Of a DNA stretch of 42,272 nucleotides, positions 29,349-37,916 are shown piece by piece. The position numbers and the translations under genes were made by a program. The notes beneath the pieces were generated by a model, which saw only the letters and a list, made by a program, of their open reading frames with translations, made no database searches and was not told where the DNA came from. The number at the start of each line of letters is the position of its first letter. The first letter of the stretch is position 1. This DNA comes from PVC group bacterium. GTDB taxonomy: Bacteria; Auribacterota; Erginobacteria; Erginobacterales; Erginobacteraceae. The stretch lies in NCBI GenBank assembly GCA_043804695.1, contig JAZDIV010000009.1, positions 1-42,272 of the forward strand. The letters run 5' to 3'.

Positions 29349-31691
29349 ATGCGGATAAAGCGACAAGGCACCGCCGTCCCCCTGATTGCGATTCTCCTGG
29401 CGGGGCTGGTGCTCCGTCTCATCTATCTGGGAGAGATCCGGGATACCCCGGACTTCTCCCACCCCGGCCTCGACGCCGCCTACCACATCTACTGGGCCCG
29501 GGGGATGGCGTCCGGCGACTGGACGGACTTCGAGGGGCGCGAGGACCCCCAGATCTACCGCTATCCGTACTACCGCCCGCCGGGCTATGCCTATTTCCTG
29601 ACCCTGGTTTACCTGGTGTGCGGGATGAGCCCTCTCTGGCCCCGGCTGGTTCAGTTCGCTCTGGGGCTGGGAAGCGCCCTCCTCGCGTTCACCCTGGCCC
29701 GGCGGTTCTTCGGCGCCGTTGGCGGCCTCCTCTCGGCGCTGGCGGTCGCGACCTACTGGATATTCATCTACTACGAGGGCGAGCTGGTCGATGTGGCCTG
29801 GGCGGTCTTTTTAAGCCTTCTCTTCGCCGGCCGGCTGGCGAGAGCCGCCCGATTTTCCGGCTTTTTGATCGCCGGGCTGGCCCTGGGCGTTTTAATCATC
29901 TTCCGTCCCAACGCCGCTCTGCTCTACCCGTTTGTTCTGGCCTGGGTGATCATCCGGGGCCGCCGCCGGGGGGAAAAGAGCAGGGTCATCGCCGCCGGGG
30001 GCGGTCTTCTGGCGGGGGTGCTCCTCGCCGTCCTTCCCGTCACGATCAGGAATTACGCCGTATCGGGTGAACTGGTCCCCATCTCCACCGTCGCCGGGAT
30101 CAGCCTGGGGGTCGCCAACAATGAACTCACGGACGGGACCACTCATTTTATCCCCGGGCTCGGCAACATCGGCACCCCCTACGACTGGCCCCGGATTGTT
30201 CGCCGTCTGGAGAACATCCTCGGGCGGCGGTTAAGCCACGCCGGAGCGTCCTCCTACCTTAGCCGTCAGGCCTTTTGCTTTGCCCTCCGTTCGCCGGGAG
30301 ATTTTTTCCTTCTCCTGGGACGGAAAGCACTGCTTTTCTGGGGACCGGCGGAGATCCGCAATCTGAAAGAGGTGCATTACGCCCGGCTTCACTCCCCCCT
30401 TCTGCGGAAGCTGCCGGGGAACTTCTCCCTGGCGGCGGCGCTGGCGGTTCTGGGCGCGGTCCTCATCTTCCTGCCCCGGCGCGTGTTCGGTCCGGGCGTC
30501 GTCGCGGGGACCTCCGGGGAAAAAGGAGCCGGGGGCAGACGCGGCCCCTGTGACCGGGAGCGCGAGGGGGGAGGGCTGATGGTCATCTGGATCGTTGCCT
30601 ATTTTTTCTCGATGCTTCCCTTCGCGGCCGCCGCCCGCTACCGGGTCCCGGTCATCCCGTTCCTGCTCATCCTCTCATCCTGCGCCGTGAGGCAGATCGG
30701 TCTCTTCGCCGGGAGGCGAAAATGGGTGTCGGCCCTGGCGGCGTCGGCGTCGGGGGCGGCCCTCTACCTCCTCTTCTCCGTCAATTTTTCCGGCTTCCAG
30801 CCCGCCCCCGAGAAGTGGCACTATGACCGGGGGCTGGCCCGGCTGGAGGCCGGGCGATGGGAAGAGGCGGTCTGGGAGTTCGACCGCGCGCTTGAGCATC
30901 AGCCCGGCTACGCCGCCGCCTATACCAACCGGGGGGTCGCCCTCCAGAAAGGAGGAAAACCGGGAGCGGCGATCGCCTCCTACCGCCGGTCGCTGCAGCT
31001 TGACCCGGATTCGCCCCGGGCGCTGAAGAACCTGGCCGACGCCCTCCTGGAAACGGGAGAGACAGAGGAGGCGCTGGCTCTTTACCGGCAGGCGGTCAGT
31101 TCCTTTCCGGAATACACCGGGATATCCTGCGACCTGGCCCAGGCTCTCTCCCGGGCCGGGCGGGAAGATGAAGCGGCCGAACTCTACCGGGCAATCCTCC
31201 GGGAACAGCCGGACAACGCCCGGGCCCATTTGGAGCTGGGGAACCTTCTCCTGGAGCGGGATCTTCTCCCCGCTGCCCGGGAACAGTACCAGATGGCGCT
31301 CCGGGTCAATCCTCACTCGGCAGTGGCCCGGTATAACCTGGCCAACGTGCTCATCCGGGAGGGGCGGATCGAGGAAGGGATCGCGAGCTACCGGGAGGTG
31401 CTCCGCCGAGACCCCGGCCACCGGGACGCTCACAACAATCTCGGGATCCAGCTGGCCGCTCGGGGCCGGCTTGCCCCCGCGCTTGCTCACTTCGAGGAGG
31501 CAATCCAAATCGACCCCCGCGACCCGGCCGGTTACTACAACCGGGGGATCGCCCTGATCAAGATTGGGCGGGGCCGGGAAGCAATCTTTGACCTTGAGAA
31601 AACGCTGGAATTAAGCCCGGGGTATGAACCGGCCCTCCGGGCGCTGGGCGTGGCGCGGAAGGGTGGGCAACCGGTAATCGGTGAACGGTAA
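29349..31691 (+). CDS. PMT/ArnT-like GT-C with TPR tail
   Basis: DAAYHIYWA, YYRPPGY, FRPN, ARYRVP, roughly 8 TPRs. Confidence 0.85.
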   Translation: MRIKRQGTAVPLIAILLAGLVLRLIYLGEIRDTPDFSHPGLDAAYHIYWARGMASGDWTDFEGREDPQIYRYPYYRPPGYAYFLTLVYLVCGMSPLWPRLVQFALGLGSALLAFTLARRFFGAVGGLLSALAVATYWIFIYYEGELVDVAWAVFLSLLFAGRLARAARFSGFLIAGLALGVLIIFRPNAALLYPFVLAWVIIRGRRRGEKSRVIAAGGGLLAGVLLAVLPVTIRNYAVSGELVPISTVAGISLGVANNELTDGTTHFIPGLGNIGTPYDWPRIVRRLENILGRRLSHAGASSYLSRQAFCFALRSPGDFFLLLGRKALLFWGPAEIRNLKEVHYARLHSPLLRKLPGNFSLAAALAVLGAVLIFLPRRVFGPGVVAGTSGEKGAGGRRGPCDREREGGGLMVIWIVAYFFSMLPFAAAARYRVPVIPFLLILSSCAVRQIGLFAGRRKWVSALAASASGAALYLLFSVNFSGFQPAPEKWHYDRGLARLEAGRWEEAVWEFDRALEHQPGYAAAYTNRGVALQKGGKPGAAIASYRRSLQLDPDSPRALKNLADALLETGETEEALALYRQAVSSFPEYTGISCDLAQALSRAGREDEAAELYRAILREQPDNARAHLELGNLLLERDLLPAAREQYQMALRVNPHSAVARYNLANVLIREGRIEEGIASYREVLRRDPGHRDAHNNLGIQLAARGRLAPALAHFEEAIQIDPRDPAGYYNRGIALIKIGRGREAIFDLEKTLELSPGYEPALRALGVARKGGQPVIGER

Positions 31692-31729
31692 GCGGTGAAC
31701 GGTAAGCGGTGAACGGTAAGCGGGGAACG
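31681..31729 (+). repeat. 14-bp tandem repeat, 3.5 copies
   Basis: gtgaacggtaagcg; contains the stop codon of 29349-31691. Confidence 0.9.
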
Positions 31730-31823
31730 CTCCCACAAGTCCCCGGCCACGATAAGAGGTATCGAAATGGAAGAGAACCAGAAATGTTAGCTCCGCTCAG
31801 ATAATCAGATATCGATAAAATAG

Positions 31824-33545
31824 ATGATCTTTATATTTAATAAGTATAAAATAGTATACTCAGCCGCCCTGGTCATTGTTGCCGGTTGTATTGTCTACGC
31901 CAACAGTTTTTCAGGGGCGTTCATATTCGATGATGAAGCCGTTATTCTGGCCAATCCTCATATCAAACAGCTCTGGCCGCCCCGGGAGGCATGTGCCGCC
32001 CCCCCCGACAGCCCGGTCCGGGACCGCCCGATCGTCAGCCTGACGCTCTCCATCAATTATGTCCTGACCGGGTCGGCGCCTTTCGGGTACCACGCAGCAA
32101 ACCTGTTGATTCACCTGGCGGCGGCTCTTTTCCTCTTCGGGATTATCAGGAGGACTTTCCTCAGTCCCCGTCTCCCCTCTCGCTGCCGGTCTGCCGCGAC
32201 CGGCCTCGCCCTTGCCTCCGCCCTGATCTGGACGGTCCATCCCCTCCAGACGCAGAGCGTCACCTATCTCACCCAGCGCTGCGAATCGCTAATGGGGCTT
32301 TTTTACCTGGGGACGATCTATGGACTGATCCGGGGGGCGGCTTCCTCCCGCTCGCGGTTCTGGTACGGTTTCTCTGTCCTGCTGTGCGCCCTCGGGATGG
32401 GGACCAAGGCGGTGATGGTGACCGCTCCCCTGGTCGCCCTGGTCTATGACCGGGTCTTCATTGCCTCCAGCTGGAACGAAATCAGGAGGAATCGGTGGAG
32501 CCTTTATCTTGCGCTCTTTCTGACCTGGACGATCCAGGCGGCGCTGGTGGCGGCCACCTCCTATCGGGATATCAGGACCCATCAACCAATGGTCTACGCG
32601 CTCAGCCAGTTTAAAGTGATCGCGTACTATCTCCGTCTTGCCGTCTTTCCCCGCCCGCTCTGCCTTGATTATCACTGGCCGCCCGCCCGGACGGCGGCGG
32701 AAATCATTCCGGCGGCGCTTGCCATCGCCGCCCTTCTCGCTTTAACGGTCCGGGGACTGCAAAAGGCTCCTCCGCTCGGCTTCGCGGGACTCTGGTTTTT
32801 TCTGATCCTGGCCCCCACCTCGAGCGTTTTGCCTCTGGAGGACATCGCCTTCGAGCACCGGATGTATCTTCCCCTGGCGGCGCCGGTCGTCCTTGGCGTG
32901 CTCGGAGGGTGGGAACTGGCGCGGCGGCTTTTTCCGGGATCGCCGGCCCGGCGGAGAAGATGGGGGATCGGCCTGACCCTGCTGGCTGTTGCCGGACTGG
33001 GCACCCTGACCGTACTCCGCAACCGCGACTACCGTTCGGCGGCCGCGATGTGGGAAGACGTGATCGCCCGCCGGCCGGCCAACCCCCGGGCCTATAACAG
33101 CCTCGGGAATATAGTCCTGAAAGACGGGGACACGGACCGGGCGTTTCAGCTCTATCGCCGGGCCGCCGCCGTCGATCCCGGCTACCAGGCGGCCCACTAC
33201 AACCTGGCCAACCTGCTGGCCGCTCAGGGGGATCTTGACGGCGCGGTCGCGCATTACCTTAAGACCCTGGAGATCAACCCGAAAGCGGTGGAAGCTCACA
33301 ACAACCTGGGAGTAGTGTTATACGGCCGGGGAGAAGCGGATCAGGCGCGCGCCCATTTCCTGGAAGCAATGAAGATCGATCCCGAGGACGCGGCCGCTTA
33401 CTATAACCTGGGGCTGGTCTTCCTCAGGGAGGGACTCCCCCGGGAAGCCGTCCGCTACCTGGACCGGGCCTCGGCGTTGCGGCCCGACCACCTCCCCGCC
33501 CGCCGGGCGCTGGCGGCGGCCCGGGAGAGACTGAGTAATCCGTGA
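31824..33545 (+). CDS. TMTC-like GT-C with TPR tail
   Basis: FIFDD, DRP, HPLQTQSVTYLTQR, LCLDY, FEHRMYLP, roughly 4 TPRs. Confidence 0.85.
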   Translation: MIFIFNKYKIVYSAALVIVAGCIVYANSFSGAFIFDDEAVILANPHIKQLWPPREACAAPPDSPVRDRPIVSLTLSINYVLTGSAPFGYHAANLLIHLAAALFLFGIIRRTFLSPRLPSRCRSAATGLALASALIWTVHPLQTQSVTYLTQRCESLMGLFYLGTIYGLIRGAASSRSRFWYGFSVLLCALGMGTKAVMVTAPLVALVYDRVFIASSWNEIRRNRWSLYLALFLTWTIQAALVAATSYRDIRTHQPMVYALSQFKVIAYYLRLAVFPRPLCLDYHWPPARTAAEIIPAALAIAALLALTVRGLQKAPPLGFAGLWFFLILAPTSSVLPLEDIAFEHRMYLPLAAPVVLGVLGGWELARRLFPGSPARRRRWGIGLTLLAVAGLGTLTVLRNRDYRSAAAMWEDVIARRPANPRAYNSLGNIVLKDGDTDRAFQLYRRAAAVDPGYQAAHYNLANLLAAQGDLDGAVAHYLKTLEINPKAVEAHNNLGVVLYGRGEADQARAHFLEAMKIDPEDAAAYYNLGLVFLREGLPREAVRYLDRASALRPDHLPARRALAAARERLSNP

Positions 33546-33711
33546 ATCCCCTTCAACTGAACGCCCCCAGAAACCTGTCCCACTCCGGGAATGAGGCGAG
33601 GTTTGGTTTGAAAATCCCGGATGATTCATGAAAATTTTTAATTTCCATGAATAATCCGGGGTAATGCAAAATAAATTGTGGTCGGGGTAGTATCTCTACC
33701 GACTGCGTGGA

Positions 33712-34530
33712 TCAATCGGGTGCATGATACCTCTGCCGGAAAGCTTCATAGAGCATGATCGCGGCCGCCGCGGAGACATTTAAAGAATCCGCCGCGCCCG
33801 TCATCGGGATTCGCACTATTTCGTCGGAACTGTTCAAAAAATCCGTCGTGAGCCCGTATTGCTCGGCCCCGAAGGCGATGGCGATTTTTCCGGATAAATC
33901 GGCTTCAAAATAATATTTTCCTCCCTTCGGGCTGGTGGCGACGGTCTTGACTCTGTTTTCTTTTAAAAAGGACAGGCACTCATCTCCGGTCATTTTGACG
34001 ACAACATTGGAAAACAATGTCCCCACCGACGCCCGGACGACGTTGGGATTGTATATGTCCACCACCGGGTCGCAGACAATCACCGCGTCGGCATCCACTC
34101 CGTCGGCGGTCCGCAGGATCGTGCCCAGGTTGCCCGGCTTTTCAATCCGCTCCACCACGACAAAAAACGGGGCGGGATTATTTTGCAGGATCTCGACTAA
34201 ATGCTCCCGGAAAAAATGTTTTTGACGCGCGATCGCGAAAAGACCGTCGGGCCGATCGCGATACGACAGTTTCTCGAAGACCGTTTTCGCGCAATCCAGG
34301 ATCAAGGCTCCCCCGGCCTTGATTTTCTGAATCAGAGCGTCTTCGTTGTCTTTTAAAAAATGTTCCCGGCAGAAAAAAAGAGTCTGAAAGGCGACGCCGT
34401 TTTCGGAAGCCCGTAAAAGCTCCCGGTATCCTTCAATAATGAAAAGATCCGTCTCGTCCCGAACGGATTTTTTAAAAAGCTGCAAAGCTTCCTTGATTCT
34501 GGCATTGTGCCGGCTTTCTATCCTCATCAT
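33712..34530 (-). CDS. TrmH/SpoU-family RNA methyltransferase
   Basis: EKPGNLGTILRTAD, GAEQYGL, IPMTG..SLNVS; ATGA overlap with the upstream gene. Confidence 0.92.
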   Translation of the reverse strand: MMRIESRHNARIKEALQLFKKSVRDETDLFIIEGYRELLRASENGVAFQTLFFCREHFLKDNEDALIQKIKAGGALILDCAKTVFEKLSYRDRPDGLFAIARQKHFFREHLVEILQNNPAPFFVVVERIEKPGNLGTILRTADGVDADAVIVCDPVVDIYNPNVVRASVGTLFSNVVVKMTGDECLSFLKENRVKTVATSPKGGKYYFEADLSGKIAIAFGAEQYGLTTDFLNSSDEIVRIPMTGAADSLNVSAAAAIMLYEAFRQRYHAPD

Positions 34531-35375
34531 GGCCGATTCCAAATCGCGTAGGTTCCCAGTGTGATCGGGAATGATTTCTCAGAGTCAATTTTTAAATCCC
34601 CGGACTCCACCGTTCCTTTCCCGATCGGAGCGAGAGCCTGACGCAAGAGATTTTCCAGGACCAGGCCGGTAAACCCCGGAGTGTGGGCGGAAAGACAGAC
34701 CAATACTGGTTCGTCCGATAAAAGTCCGGCACAGGTCTGCAGGAGAGGGTAAAGATCGTCTTCGATTTTAAAGACCTGTTGTTTGCTTCCCCTGCCAAAA
34801 GAAGGAGGGTCGAGAATCACCGCGTCGTATTTCACCCCTCTTTTGATCTCTCTGGTCGCGAATTTCTTCACATCGTCCACGATCCATCGGATGGGAAAGT
34901 GTCCCATCTTATTCAGGACGGTATTTTCCTTCGCCCAGGAGACGGAGGGCCGGGAAGCGTCGACATGGCATATTCTCGTGTTTTCCCGGGCTAAGGCCAG
35001 AGTGACGCCTCCGGTGTAAGCGAAAAGGTTTAAAATATTCATATTTTTCCGGTTGCTCCGCTTGAACATTTCCCGCAGCCGCGCCCAGATCAGCCTCTGC
35101 TCCGGGAAAATGCCCAGGTGTCCAAAGCCGGTTAAGGAGGTTTTAAAGATAATGCCGTCAATCTCGGTCTGCCAGGAGTCGGGCAATTTTCTCCCGTTTC
35201 GGAAAGAGGTTTTATCCCCCCGGGAAAAAACCGCGTCGGCTTTTTCCCATTCATCCCCGGACAAAACCGGTTTCCAGATCGCCGGGACGAACGGTCTGAC
35301 CAGCGTATAGCCGCCGAACTTTTCCAGCTTCCGGCCGTTCCCCGAATCTATCAGCGCGTAGTTCAAATTGTCCAC
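34527..35375 (-). CDS. Class I SAM-dependent methyltransferase (RlmI/RlmK-like)
   Basis: HLGIFPEQ, LNLFAYTGG, HVDAS, LDPPSF. Confidence 0.88.
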   Translation of the reverse strand: MDNLNYALIDSGNGRKLEKFGGYTLVRPFVPAIWKPVLSGDEWEKADAVFSRGDKTSFRNGRKLPDSWQTEIDGIIFKTSLTGFGHLGIFPEQRLIWARLREMFKRSNRKNMNILNLFAYTGGVTLALARENTRICHVDASRPSVSWAKENTVLNKMGHFPIRWIVDDVKKFATREIKRGVKYDAVILDPPSFGRGSKQQVFKIEDDLYPLLQTCAGLLSDEPVLVCLSAHTPGFTGLVLENLLRQALAPIGKGTVESGDLKIDSEKSFPITLGTYAIWNRP

Positions 35376-35441
35376 ACTCTGCTTACAAAAATTGTTCTTT
35401 TAAGAGTAGTTTTAACCTGGATTATTCATGAATAATCCGGG

Positions 35442-36452
35442 TTAATATCTCTCTCCCCTCAGGAAAGACACAACCCCCCAGAGGACGCCGCATCCGTAAG
35501 CCAGAAGATCGAGGAAGATGAGGCCGCTACCGGCAACGAAGAAGAACGGCCGGGTGGCCCGGGCCAGGCCGGTTAAAAAGTCGGAGTTGAGAACGACGAT
35601 CGCCAGCCAGCATGCTCCAGCCGGCAGAAGCCAGCGCGGGTTCCCGAAAACGATCAAGAGGATCAAGAACAGGACGGTCAAAAAGGAGAGGGCGATCCTG
35701 GCCAGGAAGGCGGGATTGGCGGTCACGTAGGAGGATTTTTCTTTCCGGCTCAGCCGGTCCCGGAGCGCGATCCGGGCCAGGCCGGCCGCTCTCCGGAATC
35801 CGGTTTTCAGTAATCCCGGCGGCGTGTAACGGCGGATGTGATCGACCTGGAGGCTTTTGTCGATCAGTATCCGGAATCCCCGGCCGGTCAGCCGCACCCC
35901 GAAATCCATGTCCTCGATGGTCGCGGAGCGGTAGGCGGTGTCGAAACCGCCGCATTGTGCGAAGGCCTTTTTCCTGATCGCGGCGATGCTGGTGTAAAAG
36001 ACCGTCACCCGGCGGGGAAGTTTCAGGTAGGTGTAATGCATGTAAAAGTTCTTATACTGGCTGCATAAGTTCTTAAACCGGGTAACGGGGCGCAGCAAGC
36101 CGATCACCCCGCTGGTCTCCGGGTCATCGAAGTGTTTTTCCAGAATATGGAATGTCTCCGGGGGGATGACCACGTCACTGTCGATGAAGAGTAAAATCTC
36201 GCCCCGGGCTTGCTCCGCGCCGCTGTTCCGTGTCGCCGCCGCCCCCTGGCAGGATTCGTGCTTGATCAGCCGCACCGGGTATCCTGCGGTGATGGCGGAA
36301 GAGTCGTCGGTCGAGGCATCATCGGCTACGATTACTTCCAGCGAGGAATACCGGGCGGCGAAGACCGCGGCCAGCACCTCCCCGAGCGTACCCGCCCCGT
36401 TGTGATTGGGGATAATGACGGAGAAATCCAATGTGTTGTTTGGGGATTTCAA
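35442..36452 (-). CDS. GT2 glycosyltransferase with C-terminal TM helices
   Basis: SVIIP, DDASTD, AATRNSG, FIDSD, GGFD, IEDMDF; start probably TTG 36452 or 36431. Confidence 0.87.
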   Translation of the reverse strand: MKSPNNTLDFSVIIPNHNGAGTLGEVLAAVFAARYSSLEVIVADDASTDDSSAITAGYPVRLIKHESCQGAAATRNSGAEQARGEILLFIDSDVVIPPETFHILEKHFDDPETSGVIGLLRPVTRFKNLCSQYKNFYMHYTYLKLPRRVTVFYTSIAAIRKKAFAQCGGFDTAYRSATIEDMDFGVRLTGRGFRILIDKSLQVDHIRRYTPPGLLKTGFRRAAGLARIALRDRLSRKEKSSYVTANPAFLARIALSFLTVLFLILLIVFGNPRWLLPAGACWLAIVVLNSDFLTGLARATRPFFFVAGSGLIFLDLLAYGCGVLWGVVSFLRGERY

Positions 36453-36464
36453 TGTAATCTTTAA

Positions 36465-36529
36465 TGTAGGGGCGATCCTTGTGATCGCCCGAATGCCACC
36501 GATGGGCGAATACAAGATTCGCCCGTACA
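36465..36529. repeat. Inverted pair of GTAG-type REP hairpins
   Basis: tgtaggggcgatc..gatcgccc and gggcgaat..attcgcccgtaca. Confidence 0.8.
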
Positions 36530-36830
36530 TAGCTGAGTAAGGTACAACAATTAACCAGATGTTGGAATCGCAGTAATATAATTTTTGCGCAGCAAAAATT
36601 ATGTTCAGAAGTCGTTGCGGTGGTAGAGGGGGTGGGTGCCGTGCCGCCGGCTGCTGATGATATCCTCGGCGGCGTCCATGCCGGCGACCCCGGCGCCGAT
36701 ACAGGACAGGCTTTTTCAGGTGCGTCCCGAAAGCTTTTGGGACGGCTACCAGCAAGATGCGTTTTTCATTCTTTTTGCGGGTTATCGGACAGTCTCTTCC
36801 CCCCCCCAAGTTGCGAACGAAGTGAGCTAA

Positions 36831-37235
36831 CCCGACTTTCGCATTTTAGATAAAAAAACCTTCAAAATTCAAGGATAATTTTATGTAACTTGTTGCAGAT
36901 ACTCAAAAAATTCCCGGAAAAAGCGCTCCCACTATCGGGATGAGTTTGTGAATGGGGCAGGTTTTAAGGTGATAGAAGACCGTGACAAAAAAAGCCGGGT
37001 CGAGGTGAAACTGATCAGAAATTCGAAGCGAAAAGAATCCGAGCATGGAGATGTACCTGAAAACAATGAGAGCGAAGACTGGTTGGTTTTATGTAAAAGT
37101 GAGGGACGGCATCAGAAAGAGCAGGCGATCCGATCGAGGGCGGAAGAGCGTTTTTTAACTGATCTTGAAAAACTGGCTCTGCGGGTAAAAGAGGGCCGGC
37201 TTAAAGATCCGGTGAAGATCCAGCGGGCAATCGGG
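36831..37235 (+). mobile_element. IS1634-like remnant (end sequence plus internal transposase fragment)
   Basis: cccgactttcgca end-like motif; VEVKL..LVLCKSEGRHQKEQAIR..GRLKDPVKIQRAIG. Confidence 0.6.
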
Positions 37236-37276
37236 GTCCATTATTAAAGTAGCGCCGAAGGCGCTAATTTATAACA

Positions 37277-37305
37277 TTGACAACGTGCCGTTTTGGTAAT
37301 ACATT
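37277..37305 (+). promoter_or_regulatory. Candidate sigma70 promoter
   Basis: TTGACA-17 bp-TACATT. Confidence 0.45.
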
Positions 37306-37313
37306 ACATTAAG

Positions 37314-37425
37314 TACGGCGACGGACGGCCGTATCGGGATCTTCCGCGCCGCGGCCGGCCTCTGGGCGATCCGGGGTCACACCCGGAGCTACTGGGGCGG
37401 GGTGGATTACGTCCCGTTGCGGTAA
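37314..37425 (+). pseudogene. Remnant FG-GAP/VCBS-like C-terminal repeat
   Basis: YGDG, frameshift, then IGIFRAAAGLWAIRGHTRSYWGGVDYVPLR*. Confidence 0.5.
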
Positions 37426-37916
37426 TCGGTAATGGTATTTCGAATGGTTGCCGCCGGCCGTGCCTTCGGCGGGTAAACTTTATTCTGCGCGTCATGAAGA
37501 GGCGCTGAAGAAACTCCTCCCGAACCACGGGTTCCTCTTCCGTTCAGGTGTCCCGTCATAAAGTTCCAGTGTTTCCACTCCTTCCAAAAGCTGACCGCCG
37601 TGGGATGTGTGGGCAAGGTGGGCGGTCAGCTCTTTGGCCGCCTCAAGCCATGGAGCGGGTATCAGTGGTGAAAAATTAATTATTTCAAGTTACTGCCTGG
37701 CAGGAGATTAGGCTGTCGGAGCCGGACCGAAGGCTTTATCGGATTCTATGGGTTGCTGTTTATCAACATGAGAATTCGGGGTTCCAACCCGGAATTCTGG
37801 TTTACTTCTAAAAAGCCAACAGCATAATTATTTTCTGAATACAGCTCTCGATATCGAGAATTTGAGCGGGAGCCGTCATCTTCAGGTCAGGCATCTAATA
37901 AATCCAATAGTGTCTT

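Noticed and set aside
36453..36809. N-terminal extension of the GT2 ORF
   Set aside because: Runs through REP and intergenic DNA; the GT2 domain starts near 36430
37584..37637. Hairpin ccaaaagctgaccgcc..ggcggtcagctctttgg as a riboswitch or ncRNA
   Set aside because: Single stem with no recognisable family motif; needs an Rfam search
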